64,000 nt of DNA from Fistulifera solaris. Taxonomy: Eukaryota. How positions within the stretch are numbered: position 1 is the first letter of the stretch; every line of letters starts with the position of its first letter. The position numbers were made by a program, and so were the translations under genes. Under the pieces are notes generated by a model, which had not been told where the DNA came from, did no database searches, and saw only the letters and a program-made list of their open reading frames with translations. The DNA lies in assembly GCA_030295235.1 (NCBI GenBank), contig AP026125.1:1302001-1366000 (forward strand), in the 5' to 3' direction. Shown in pieces: positions 25,346 through 37,955 of the stretch.

Positions 25346-28300
25346 ATGACTCCAGTAGGAAAGAACACACAAGACATGAAGGAAGACGGCCGAGGCATCC
25401 GATTCGGCGAGGGTGTAGGCTATGACGATGGATACGGTGACAACGATGACGAGTTTGTCTCCGAATTGCCCACTGCGGAGGAAGAAAATGCGGACGAAGA
25501 TGAAGAAATTGATGAAGGTAATGCACGTAGCCATCCCAGTAGTATTATCGGTCGATCGTCGGTAGGTACTCACACGTTGCTCTTCTTCGTTTCCCCGTTC
25601 CGTACATTTTCTCACAGCACTCTGTTCTTCCAGGCGGAGGAAGGAGGAGAAAATACAGATCCGTTCAAAGGACGGTCTTCGGGTTCTGGACTTGTCAACA
25701 CGAGAATTGCTGATCGAGAATCGGATTATCAGCGACGTAGACACGATAGGGTACTTCGTGAAGAAGGTGTTTCGTTCAAGGATGCGATGAAACAGGCGAA
25801 TATGGAGAAAGAAGAAGATGAACTACATCGAGATTTAGCCAAGCTGCAAAAAGAGGCTGCGGAAGCTGCGGATATGGCAGACGACGGCGGCGATAATGGT
25901 TCTCGAAGACGAAAGAGACGATGGGATGCCACGGGGGCAGATCCTACTCCCGACAATAAGGAGGATTCGGCACTTATTTCGGATAATGAATCAATTGTGT
26001 CTTCGCAAAACAAATGGGATGTAGACCCTTCCGCAGAGCGATCGTCAAATCGTCGAAAGAAACGATGGGATGAGACTCCTGTTATTGGTGCTTCTGGTGT
26101 AGCGGCGACACCGGTGGTTACATCAGGTGCATCGAAATGGGATCAGACCCCGCTTGTTGCGTCCGGGGCGCAAGTTGGTGCCACTCCTGTTGTCGGCGCC
26201 TCTGCGGGTCGAAATCGATGGGACGCGACACCGCTCACAACGACAACTACGACGTCTGGGGTCCCACAAACCCCATCCGGTGGACTCGTCTCGAAGGCAG
26301 CGGCGTTGCAGCAAGAAATGGAATCGAGGAACCGACCGTGGACTGATACGGCATTGGATGCTATTTTGCCTTCGGAAGGGTATACTATATTGCGCCCACC
26401 AGCTAATTACATTCCTCTTCGGACACCGGGCCGTAAATTGCTAGCGACACCCACACCTCTTTCCATGACACCGGCTGGCTTTCAGATGGAAATCCCTATC
26501 GAACAGCGGGCGGATGCATCGATTCAGGAAATTCGTGCCGCCTATGGTGTACCTATCGGTCCTGAAAACGATCAGTCGGGGCTTCCTTCTTCCTTGCCTA
26601 ACATCAAACCCGAAGATATGCAATACTTTGGGCGTCTTCTTGAAGATGCCGACGAAGACAAATTATCTAAGGATGAGCTGAAGGAGCGCCAGATTATGGC
26701 CTTGCTGCTGAAGATCAAAAGCGGCACCCCACCGCAACGCAAGACTGCAATGCGACAAATCACCGATCGGGCTCGATTTTTCGGTGCCGGTCCACTTTTC
26801 AATCAGATATTGCCACTTCTCATGAGTCCTTCTCTGGAAGATCAAGAGCGACATCTACTCGTCAAAGTGATTGATCGGGTTCTCTACAAATTGGACGATC
26901 TCGTGCGTCCATTTGTTCATCGCATTTTGGCTGTTATCGAACCTCTTCTAATTGACGAGGACTATTACGCTCGAGTAGAAGGAAGAGAGATCATCAGCAA
27001 TCTGGCCAAGGCCGCGGGGCTCCCAACGATGATTGCAACTATGCGCCCCGACATTGACAGCCCCGATGAGTATGTTCGAAACACTACTTCGAGAGCGTTT
27101 GCGGTTGTTGCGAGTGCGCTTGGAGTACCCGCTTTGCTTCCCTTTCTAAAAGCCGTTTGTCAATCACGAAAATCCTGGCAAGCTCGCCACACCGGTATTA
27201 AGATCGTGCAACAGATTGCGCTTTTAATGGGCATTGCTGTTCTCCCGTATCTCCGAGAACTTGTTGAAATTGTGAGTCATGGATTGGAGGACGACATGCT
27301 AAAAGTCCGAATCATTACGGCTCTCACCTGCGCAGCCTTGGCCGAAGCGTCTCATCCTTTTGGTGCGGAAAGCTTCGATGTGGCCATCCGTCCCCTTTGG
27401 AAAGGAGCTATGGAGCAGAACGGCAAATCCTTGGCTGCCTTTTTTAAAAGCTATTGGATTCATCATCCCCCCTCATGGAAGAAAATTATGCGAGCCATTA
27501 CACTCGCCTGGTTATGCCGATTCTTCTCCGAGAGTTTCATTCTCCTGACGAAGAAATGAAACGAATTGTTTTAAAAGTTATACAGCAATGTGTTGCAACA
27601 GCTGGTGTCGAGCCCGACTATATCCGTCAAGAAATTCTTCCGGAGTTCTTCAAAACTTTTGGATTCGTCGAATGGCATTGGACCGACGAAACTACAAGCA
27701 AGTAGTCGAAACGACCGAAGAGCTTGCCAATAAAGTTGGGTGCTCTGACATTGTCGTTCGAATCGTTGATGACTTGAAAGATGACTCCGAACCATACCGA
27801 AGAATGGTCATGGAAACGGTTAAAAAAGTAATTGAAAACTTGGGTGCAAGTGATATTGATGAACGTCTGGAAGAAAGATTAATTGACGGAATTCTCTACG
27901 CTTTCCAAGAGCAAGCTGTTGACGCAAGCAACACTGGAGCGAACAGCTTTGGCAGAGAAAGTCAGACTATGTTGGAAGGCTTCGGAACTGTGGTCAATGC
28001 GCTAGGAGAGCGATGCAAGCCTTACTTGAAACAGATTGCAGCTACAATTAAGTGGCGTCTGAACAATAAAGCCGCAACCGTCCGGATGCAAGCGGCCGAT
28101 TTGATAGGCCGCATTGCAGTTGTTATGAAGGCATGCGGAGAAGATCAGCTGATGGGGCATTTAGGAGTTGTTCTCTATGAATACCTGGGCGAAGAGTATC
28201 CAGAAGTTTTGGGATCCATCCTCGGAGCCTTGCGTTCAATCGTGTCATCGATTGGAATGACTAAGATGCAGCCTCCTATTCGAGATCTCTTGCCGCGACT

Positions 28301-29156
28301 CACACCAATTCTTCGCAATCGTCATGAGAAAGTTCAGGAGAATGTCATAGATCTTGTGGGGCGCATAGCCGATAGGGGCGCTGAGTTTGTATCTGCCAAA
28401 GAATGGATGAGAATTTGTTTCGAGTTGCTTGAAATGTTGAAAGCGCAGAAGAAGGCTATTCGCAGAGCAGCTGTGAGTACGTTTGGATTCATTGCCAAGG
28501 CCATCGGACCTCAAGATGTCTTGCATACACTTCTGAACAACCTGAAGGTCCAAGATCGACAGATGCGTGTTTGCACTACTGTAGCAATAGCTATTGTCGC
28601 TGAAACTTGTGGGCCGTTTACAGTTCTTCCTGCTTTGATGAACGAATACAGAGTTCCTGAGCTTAATATTCAAAATGGAGTATTGAAGGCGATGAGTTTT
28701 ATGTTTGAGTACATTGGAGATATGGGCAAGGATTATATCTATGCCGTTTGTCCACTTTTGGAAGATGCCCTAATGGAGCGCGATCCTGTCCATCGACAAA
28801 CTGCTTGTGCGACAGTCAAGCATCTTGCGCTTGGAGTCGCCGGATGTGGGTGCGAAGACGCATTGATCCACCTGCTGAACTTTGTTTGGCCAAACATTTT
28901 CGAGGAAAGTCCGCACGTGATCCAAGCTGTCATGGACGCAATCCAAGGTTTGATGGTTGCCCTTGGACCGAACATAATTCTACAGTACACCATTCAGGGG
29001 CTGTATCACCCGGCACGCAAAGTGCGTGAAGTGTATTGGAGGATCTACAATTCTCTTTACATTTATCATTCCGACGCGCTTGTTCCGGCGTACCCACTGA
29101 TCGAAGATGAGGGGGAAAATACCTACTCTCGTACAGCTCTTGAGCTTTTCATCTAA
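25346..29156 (+). CDS. SF3B1: Splicing factor 3B subunit 1
   Basis: RWDETP/KWDQTP repeats, [35 protein letters not shown] and HEAT repeats to [18 protein letters not shown]. In-frame intron ~25562-25633. Homopolymer frameshifts at ~27440, 27470 and 27655. Confidence 0.98.
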
Positions 29157-29227
29157 AATATTTCTAAGTACAACTGAATGGTTGATTCTTATAAATACTT
29201 TCGTCAAATCGTGTAATAGTCGCAATT

Positions 29228-30040
29228 CTAGAGAATGGACTTCAAATCAGCTTCAAGCAACTGCCACAATCTCATCTTCGTCTGAAGCTCGGCAAGACGA
29301 GATTCGTCTGAACCTTGACTGCTTTCTCGTTGGATTTTTGTGTCTTCGTAACTAGCACCATTCAAAAGAAGATGGAGTTTTTGTTGCTCCTCGCTCGCGA
29401 TTGCTTGTTTCAAAACTGCCACTTCTTGACCAAGACCGGATATGAGTTGTTCGGTTGCGGCCAGCAGAGGTTTCAAAACATGCTTCTGATGAGTATAAGC
29501 ATCTTTGAAAACGCGAGCCTCCTTGCCGAGAAATTGCGCAATGATGAAAAATGAGTTGTCTTGAAGCGGATGCGGTTCCGATGGGGAAATTGGACTAGAG
29601 GTCGCAAATTTAGAATGGAATGCGCTAGATCGAGGGGTCAATCCAATTCGCCCGGGTGTCTGCTTCGCCGGCGATCGAGGTTTAGTATTCGCTTTGAGTT
29701 GCATTGCCTCTCGTCTAATATTATCCCAGAGAACAGCTTCCTTCTTTGCGCTGCTTATGCGAGGGCGATTGACGAGGAAATCTTTGATTTTGGTCCAAAT
29801 GCCGTCGTCTACTTTGTCGCCGATAATGTCGCAATTACTCTGAACTCCATCTGACAAGTTTGACTTTTCATCATAAAGAGACTTTAGCATCTTGAAATGG
29901 AATTCAACAAAGCGAAACTTGGAAGCAAGTTCGACAGCCGGTACTTCGATGTCATCGCTCAACCGAGGACGCTTGCGAGACTGACTATCCGCATCCGTTT
30001 GGTCTCGATTCTCTTTGTTCATGCCTGGAACGCTTGACAT
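29228..30040 (-). CDS. Hypothetical protein with C-terminal coiled coil
   Basis: Single 270-aa ATG-initiated ORF; no family recognised. Confidence 0.65.
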   Translation of the reverse strand: MSSVPGMNKENRDQTDADSQSRKRPRLSDDIEVPAVELASKFRFVEFHFKMLKSLYDEKSNLSDGVQSNCDIIGDKVDDGIWTKIKDFLVNRPRISSAKKEAVLWDNIRREAMQLKANTKPRSPAKQTPGRIGLTPRSSAFHSKFATSSPISPSEPHPLQDNSFFIIAQFLGKEARVFKDAYTHQKHVLKPLLAATEQLISGLGQEVAVLKQAIASEEQQKLHLLLNGASYEDTKIQRESSQGSDESRLAELQTKMRLWQLLEADLKSIL

Positions 30041-30399
30041 TTTCTAGGAAATGACAGGCTGTATCAAATATCAAGATCGTAGACGATGTGGTCAAAAGCA
30101 ATAAACCTTACACGGTAAGCACTAAGCACAGTACAAGACGCAACAGCAAAACACTCCGCTCTCTCGCAAAAAGCAATGCGATGAAAACCCCCAGATTTTT
30201 CTGGTACCGTACCGGTACAGTACCAGTACCGGTACCAGGTACATTCGATTCCCATAGACAATCTGGGTATCTGCTCTGGTCAGTTACTCACACAGATTTT
30301 GTGAGAACTTGAAAATAACGCACGCCCAGATTTAGCATTTTGAAATTTCCGTTCGCTGTGTTGTCTACTTATCCACGACTGCATTTCAGTCATGAAATA

Positions 30400-31765
30400 G
30401 ACCATTCAATACTTCAGCATTTTTTCTACAGTACCTGGAAGCGTTGTTGCATTGGTGTTTCATTGCTTCGGTGGCGTTTCAAGGGATTACCGTTTAGATT
30501 CATGTTTCACGTGACTGAAATTTTTTAGTCGCGATCGCGTACAATCAACACTCTACCATAATAGTTAGTGAAAATGGCAGTCGACGATACGGATGCTTTT
30601 CGACGCAAATAGCTGCTTTTCGAATGAAGATGATAGTTAGTTCATTTATTGGTATTTTTATGGCATTTGATTATAGACTTCGTGATTTTGTTTGTGGACA
30701 ACTTTGGTGCTCTCATTGCTTCGGTGGCGTGTCAAGTGACGGAAATTTAATTGCGATCGCGTACAACCAACACTTTACCATTATAGTGAAAATAGCAGTC
30801 GACGATACGGATGCCTTTCGGCGCATATACTTGCGTTTCGAATGAAGATGAAAGTTCGTTCATTTATTGGTTTTTCCATTGTATTTGATTATAGACTTCG
30901 TGCTTTTTGGTGGACAACTTTGGTGGCGTTTTAATAAAAATGTCGTTCTCTTCTTTGGTAGTGACTGGAATTTTGTCGCGATCGCGTACAACCAACATTT
31001 TACCGTTATAGTGAAAATAGCAGTCGACGATACGGATGCTTTTCGACGCAAATAGCTGCTTTTCGAATGAAGATGAAAAAGTTCATTCATTTATTGGTAT
31101 TTCCATTGTATTTGATTATAGACTTAGCGCGATTGTTTGTGGACAACTTTGGTGGCGTTTTTAATAAAAATGTCTTTCTCTCCTGTGGTAGTGACTGGAA
31201 TTTAGTTGCGATCGCGTACAACCAACATTTTACCATCATAGTGAAAATAGCAGTCGACGATACGGATGCCTTTCGACGCAAATACAGTAGTTGCGTTTCG
31301 AATGAAGATGATAGTTAATTTATTTATTGGTATTTCCATGACATTAAATCATACACTTTGCGCTTTTGTTTGTGGACAACTTTGGTGGCGTTTTTCAATA
31401 TCGTTTCCTCATGTTGATAGTGACTGAAATTTAGTCGCGATCGCGTACAACAAACACTCTACCATCATAGTGAAAATGGCAGTCGACGATACGGATGCTT
31501 TTCGACGCGTATACTTGCGTTTCGAATGAAGATGACAGTTAGACTAGTTGTTAGTTCATATTTCATCTATTGGTATTTCCATGGCATTCGATTATAGACT
31601 TCGCGCGATTGTTTGTGGACAACTTTGGTGCTCTCATTGCTCATTGCTTCGGTGGCGTTTCAAGGACTGAATTTTAGTCGCGATCGCGTACAACCAACAC
31701 TTTACCATTATAGTGAAAATGGCAGTCGACGATGCGAGATGCGATACGGATGCTTCTCGACGCCA
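30400..31765 (+). repeat. Tandem array of six diverged ~222-243 bp units
   Basis: Anchor GCGATCGCGTAC at 30531, 30753, 30978, 31208, 31437 and 31680. The whole unit repeats, including GCAGTCGACGATACGGATGC and GGACAACTTTGGTG. Confidence 0.95.
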
Positions 31766-31860
31766 TTCACGTTCAATTATTACCAGGTAAACTTGCAGTC
31801 AACCACCCTTTCAACAAGCTTTTTTTAAAAAGATGAATACTCCAATGAATTTGTATTGCC

Positions 31861-34800
31861 ATGAAAGTAGATGATATTCATTCAATAAAGGACGCGGAGG
31901 ATGTGGCTCAAAAAGCAGTAGCAATCATTACACAATGTCTGGACGAGTTGCGTGATACAGAAGTTCTCACCGCTTTTCGGACGGAGCACCTTCTTCTGCA
32001 AGTCGCCGACGTGCTTCAACAAGCACGTGCACTCCATGGCGATTCAACAAATGATGAAGGTCAAACAATTGTTTCCGATTCAGTGCGCGAAATCATTGTT
32101 TTCGGTATTTTTGTCCCTTTATTCGAGGCGCTCACGTGTGCATACCAAGTTCTCGACCGAGTTCCCGAACCTCCTGTGATCAAGGGAGCCAAACCAAAGC
32201 CACCTCCGGGGATTCTGTCGTTACGAAATTACACCGATGTGGCTTGTGCAACGGAATTTGCAGTCATTTTAGGTATTCTCCCCATTTAGAACCGAATGTG
32301 CTGCTCGCCTTACCCGACCGATTGCGGTACAGCTTACCCAAATCCTTGGCGGGGCGATTGCCGCGCCGACTGTTGTTGCAATCGAACGTGGTTGTCGAAT
32401 TAGACTCTCGTGTGACTGAGCTGGATGCTGTTGCTCGAGCCATTGGAAATATGATTTCGCTGGATCGCTTTCAGCCCATGTTGCTGCCACGACATGTCGC
32501 TGACTTATACGCGGCTTTGTTGCAAGCCAACCACGAGTCGCCCACAACTACGCGGGGCTTACCCTGGTTATTCCAATCTACAGTACCTACTCTTCTGCAA
32601 GCCAAAACATTTCAAACGTTATTGCTTTTTTGGTACGAAAGGACCATTGTGGTTACGACAAGCCGTCTCCATCTATCTGACCGATCTCGCAGTACAAGAT
32701 TTGTCAGCTATCGTTCAAGTCTTTGTCATGCCCGACATAAATTCTTCTGCAGCTGGCATACGTTTAGCCAAGACACTTCAAGTCAGTCGTCGAAAAGGGG
32801 ACGACGAGGAATTCCACTATTTTTCTTCCTTGTTGCACCAATGTTTTTCTTTCTTGTCTCACCTGGAGAACCAAGAGGCATCAAAAGTGCAATCCGTCGT
32901 ACATACTGTGTGGGCGATTCTGGACATCATCCCCATGGATTGTTGGCGAAAATCACTGAATTTCGATGCCACTTCTCCCTTAGTCCTGTCACAATTTCTC
33001 AACCTATTTTCGTCGGCACCACCATTGAGCGATGCTCGACGTGTCATTGAATGGCTCTGGGAAAGTACCGGAGAAGAGCCCAGTATCTGGTGCCTGTGGT
33101 GGCGACTGGCAGCTCATTCGGACGTTTTACATGTACCAGTCGTTGAGAAAGTAAAACAATTGCTTCGTCTCTTGACTGTTACATGGCTTGAACACACTAA
33201 GAAGGACACAATGCTAAGGCATCACAGGCTAGTGTTCCATTTGCTGCAGGCACTTGCTCCGACTTCATGGGACGAATCTAAGTATCTGCATATTGATCAC
33301 CAAAGTATTCTAATCGAAAACAGACAATCTACTTTAGCTGATCCTTCTGAAATGGCTCGGTTGGTCGAAAAAGGACTCTTGTTGTTATTCATACCGTTTT
33401 GAAGAGCGATGATGAAGAAGTGAGACTACTAGCTTCTCATTTCTTTGTCTTGATGTTGAAGCTGTATCTTTCTTCTGAGGGTCTTGTTAAATCCTCTTTC
33501 CGGTTAGTTCCCCTTGTTGCGCTACCTCTTCTCTGTGAACAGCTATCTCTTGAACCACTGTTGACCAGCAATGATAAAAACGGAATTTTTGAAATGATGA
33601 AGTGTGTTTTTGATTGCATGGTTAAGCATTTCAAAGGAGAAGAGGAGATTGGGGCCGATTCGCTTCTCAGCTTCGATGAAGAGCGATTGATTAAGGACAT
33701 GACGAGACTAGGATTGGGATTATCGCAAAGCATCCAAGAGCCTGTCTTTGAATCGAGTCCAGAGACGCTTCTCTCAGTAGGGTCGCTTCTTCTTGGTATG
33801 CTAATCAGTATTTTGGAGTTAGGAGCTCAGGAGAGATCGAGCGCCGATGAAGAAGTTCTGCAATCATTTATCGGACCACTCGAGACGTTCGCTCGGGTCA
33901 CGGCTGACAGCGACGACACTTCATCGTCGACAAAGGTGGAGATAGGAGAAATGTCCAGTCACGCTGTTGCTTTACTCGCTTCCAGAAAGGTGTTAGAGCC
34001 GCAGCAGAAGAGCGCAACTGCTCTAGCTTTTGTTGACCAGGTTGCACAAATCGAGCAAGATCTGAAATCTTCCGAGCCACCTATTCGTGCACGCGGAGTC
34101 ATCACACTGCGCCATTCGGCTGGTGCTGTCGATAATTCGACGGATCGCACGGAAATTTCTACGCTTTTAAAACTGACCGTCTCCGCCTTGGCGGACAAGG
34201 AATCGTACGTTTATTTGGCCGCTATCTATACTCTTGCTGCCTTTGCAGATGTTGTACCGCGGATCGTGATTCCTATGATGGGTAGAGCAGTTGCTACCGG
34301 AACACTAAACGATGAAAGTTTGTCGGAGGAACAACGGATTAAAGTAGCGGAGGCATTGATTGCTGTAATTCGACGCAAGGCAGCTGTCGATGAATATCCC
34401 CCCGTTATTAATGGAGTATATGCTTTGGGGCTCCCCTAGCAACAGAACAACAGCAACTCTATCGCATGCGAAAACGATACAGCAACAGACTCACGAATAT
34501 TTCATTGGGCCGGAAGATGATGAAACAGAGGAAGGCAAAAGCTTTGAAGAGCAATTGATTCGGCTCAACACAGGTGGCCCACTGTTCGAAACCGAAGAAA
34601 GTGACACTCTCCGAGCTAGTTTCCTTCAGGTCGTAGCCGAGCTTTGGGGATCTATTCGATCGAATGCTTACATCGGAAGTGTGATGGACGCTTGTAGACT
34701 TTCCGTGTCCCTGGATTCAGCTCGGCCTGTCAGACGCGCTGGTGCTCTTTTAGCACGACAAATGTATTCCAGGCTTTTGGAGCGGGGTGATCTAGACGAA

Positions 34801-35094
34801 GCGCGCTCAATGGTTGCTGCTAATGAGGAAGGCTTACACGCATCTCTAGTTCGCTGCTACAGTCTGAAGGATCTCAAAGACTTGGAAAGTGAACGTCTAT
34901 ATGACCCTGCGACGGAAGCTCGCTGTCGAGAGGCACTTGATTTGCGGCAAGAAGCGATCGAGCTTCTAAGGATGGGAAATCTAGCTTGGTCCGTTCAGAA
35001 ACAAGAGGACGCGAATCCGATCGTTCACTTACTGAAAGAGAGCAATGCAACTACAAAGATTCCAAAGAACTTTTTGATCAAAGAGATTGATTAA
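31861..35094 (+). CDS. TANGO6/Rtp1-like ARM/HEAT protein (frameshifted)
   Basis: Collinear ORFs broken by several frameshifts. C-terminal DLKSSEPPIRARGVITL, LADKESYVYLAAIYTLAAFAD and RIKVAEAL match the RTP1_C1 pattern. Confidence 0.75.
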
Positions 35095-35471
35095 TGGCAA
35101 CGCCGGTCCTCCTTGACCACCATATCTTCCGCCTTCGTTCTTGAATTCTTTTTCCTTTCAAAGCCCGACGCTAAAGCAACATCACATCATCAATGAAACT
35201 GCCATATCTAGTAGTGATGTGAACATTATTTTTGAACGCAAAATAGTAAATGTGCCTTGAACTCTAGTAGCCCCAAGTCTGTTACTTCTGAAGTTCTACT
35301 GCACCTAGCTAGATCCACAAATGAAACAACATAGATACTCGGAATAATCGCTCCATTTCCAGTTAATATAAGGCAGCAATAAAGCCACCAAGAGCGCTTA
35401 CTCATACGTAAGCTGATCTATGATGGATGCAGTAAGAAATTCGGTCACGTGTCATGTTTCATGATTGAACT

Positions 35472-35790
35472 CATGACTTGAGATTAAGTCTTGTTAATTA
35501 GAAGCTTACACTTGAGCCTATAGTTGATGACGAGAGGTTTATCGACGTAAATAAATAATACCATTTCTCAGAAACCACCATCATATACATGAAACTCGTC
35601 GTTGGATCATTCAGTTACTCTTTAACGCGAAAAAGCGAACCAGCATCGGCCTTTAAAACATAAACATGTTCCTGTCTCATGACTGAAATCCAGTCATGGA
35701 AAAGTTGGGAGACACTTTGGCTTATATAGTAATTTAAACCTGGTGAGACATCGTCTTGTTCCGTCACAAGTTTCTATTTTGACGTCATCC
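35472..35790 (+). repeat. Dispersed hairpin repeat family, degenerate dimer (~206-bp spacing)
   Basis: TCATGACTTGAGATTAAGTC..ACACTTGAGCCTATAGT..TCGACG and TCATGACTGAAATCCAGTCATGG..ACACTTTGGCTTATATAGT..TTGACG. Confidence 0.7.
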
Positions 35791-35909
35791 TGACGCCAAA
35801 AAAGAGCCCATTTTTCTTCCTCGTGACAAAAAGCTTGCTTTGTTCACCAACAAAAACCCATCACCATCAAGTTAACACAAGCATTAAACGATTCATTTCT
35901 TGAACTAAA

Positions 35910-36870
35910 ATGTTCACTTTACAATCCATCATAGGCTTGGGAGTGCGTGCTAGCTCCAGAACCGCGGTTCGATGTCAAAGTAACCTTGTCGATATTCTCG
36001 AGCAAGTCAGCAAGGGACAACTCGAGCCCCAGGAGGCTGCAAAGCTTTTTTCGGCAACAAGTCAAGATGAAACGTTAAAAAATTCGCAAATCTTGACCAT
36101 CATCGCTCCTTACGCGTCGGATTTCCCTGAGGCTGTTTTCGCACAAGGCAAAACAGCAGAGCAAGTGGCTCGGATACTGGATGATATGGCGTTTCAACAA
36201 AATGAGGCCATCGAAACCACGACGGTGGCGAAAACGGCCATTCTCGCAACAAGGTACGAAAGATGCTAAGAGAAGATCATGATTGAACACTGAAAGTTCT
36301 CTGTCTCAGAAGTGTGATTTAAATATTCAAAGAGTCGATCCAGAAATGTACAAAGCGCTTTCCGAATACGAATTTCGGCACGGTGTTATTGACTACTATA
36401 AAGACGCCAGCATTGTTTCAATGAAAGCATCAGGGACAACAGAGCTTCCTGCCCTTCCTAAAACACGTGTAGTGGTCGTTACAGCCGGCACAACCGACAT
36501 TCCTGCGGCCGAAGAAGCGGCTGTGACCCTGGAGGCAACCCGCGGTTGTCATGTCGACCGCGTCAACGACGCCGGTGTTGCTGGTTTGCATCGAATATTG
36601 CGGGCACTCCCGACTCTGACTCATTCGGATGTTGGCTGTGTGATTGTTTGTGCCGGAATGGATGGTGCTCTTCCTAGTGTGGTCGGAGGGCTAGTGAGCG
36701 TTCCTGTAATCGCCGTTCCAACATCAATCGGATACGGAGCTTCCTTTGGCGGTATCAGTGCCATGCTAACTATGTTGAATTCATGTAGTCCTGGAGTAGG
36801 GGTTGTGAATATTGATAACGGCTTTGGAGCAGCTGCGATGGCATACAAATTTGTCCGTCGTCTCGGGTGA
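35910..36870 (+). CDS. larB: LarB/CpmA-like (AIR carboxylase superfamily) protein with probable mitochondrial presequence
   Basis: [58 protein letters not shown] and [20 protein letters not shown]. Intron ~36254-36332; frameshifts ~36080-36122. Confidence 0.9.
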
Positions 36871-37256
36871 GATCGAATTTGGTGTCATTTCAAAGACTCT
36901 AGACACAAACTCTCCGTCCATTTGATTTGCTTCTACAGATTACTTTCAAAATAAAAGAAATAGAGCTCCCTAGCCAACATCTAGCATTAGCACCTCTAGA
37001 CAAGTCACAAAGGAAGGACTAAGGACTGACTCACCGCTGGTACCTGGTACCGGTCCGATGTGAAGGCAGTTTACCTTTACTGACGTGTTCACCAACAAGG
37101 TGTCACATCGTGCCAACTCTCCAAGATTTCGCATCATCGATCATCGCTCATCGCACAATAAATTCTGGAGTCGATCTGTTCGAGGGTAATACAATATCAA
37201 ACAAAACAACATCCACCCCAATAAACATCGTGCTAAAGACTTAAGAGCCTGCTAAG

Positions 37257-37801
37257 ATGCGCGTGATTAGCCTTTCAATTATCAGTATCGCTTTGACGCT
37301 TTCCCAGACATCGGCGTTTTCGGTTGGCGACAACTCACGAAGGGCGTTTCTCGCACAAACAGCCGGGTCGGCGGCAGCTCTTTTGGGAGCTCAAACCGCT
37401 TTTGCCGCCCCTGAAGTGATTACGACACCCAGTGGAATCAAATATGTGGTTACGAAGCCGCCAAAAGAAGCGCCAAAATCGATCAAGGGTGACATCATCG
37501 CCATTGAGTACACTGGCTATTTGCCGAACGGACAAATTTTTGATGCTACCCATGCCGAGGGCAAAAAGAACGCTCTTATGTTTGAACTCGGTGGTAATGC
37601 AGTAATTGATGGGATCAATGAAATGGTCGCAGATATGGGCGTTGGTGAAAAGCGCCAAGTTATCGTCCCGGCTTCCTTGGCTTTCAAGGACAAAGGCATT
37701 TGTGTCGAAAAGAGGGAGGGGAGAACGAATGCCTAATCAAACCCGGCCAGACTCTCGTTTACGACATCAGTCTTAAACGGACCTCCATTCCTCCTCCATA
37801 A
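37257..37801 (+). CDS. FKBP-type peptidyl-prolyl isomerase, thylakoid-lumen type
   Basis: Signal peptide TSA-F, twin-Arg SRRAFL, AFA cleavage site; IEYTGYLPNGQIFD, VIDGINEMVADMGVGEKRQVIVP. Frameshift ~37710. Confidence 0.9.
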
Positions 37802-37955
37802 ATCCGAGCAGCGTCTGCATTTCAATGATCCAATTTCTTTTGTCGGCTAACAAGATCAGACCAGAAATCATGAAACACACCCTACATGCAGGTCGCTTTT
37901 TCCAAGTCGATGTTGATTTTAAAATGATAGAGAAAAAACAAGTTATAGTTTACAT

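Noticed and set aside
27430..27665. Programmed frameshifting or pseudogenisation in SF3B1, RRN3, Serinc, TANGO6, FKBP and others
   Set aside because: Most breaks examined fall in homopolymer runs and occur in essential genes across the window, which is typical of unpolished long-read indel errors.
30400..31765. CRISPR array
   Set aside because: The whole ~225-bp unit repeats with divergence. There are no unique spacers, no cas genes, and the context is eukaryotic.
30624..31828. Repeated short ORFs (VAIAYNQHFTIIVKIAVDDTDAFRR)
   Set aside because: By-products of the tandem repeat; frames and stops differ between units.
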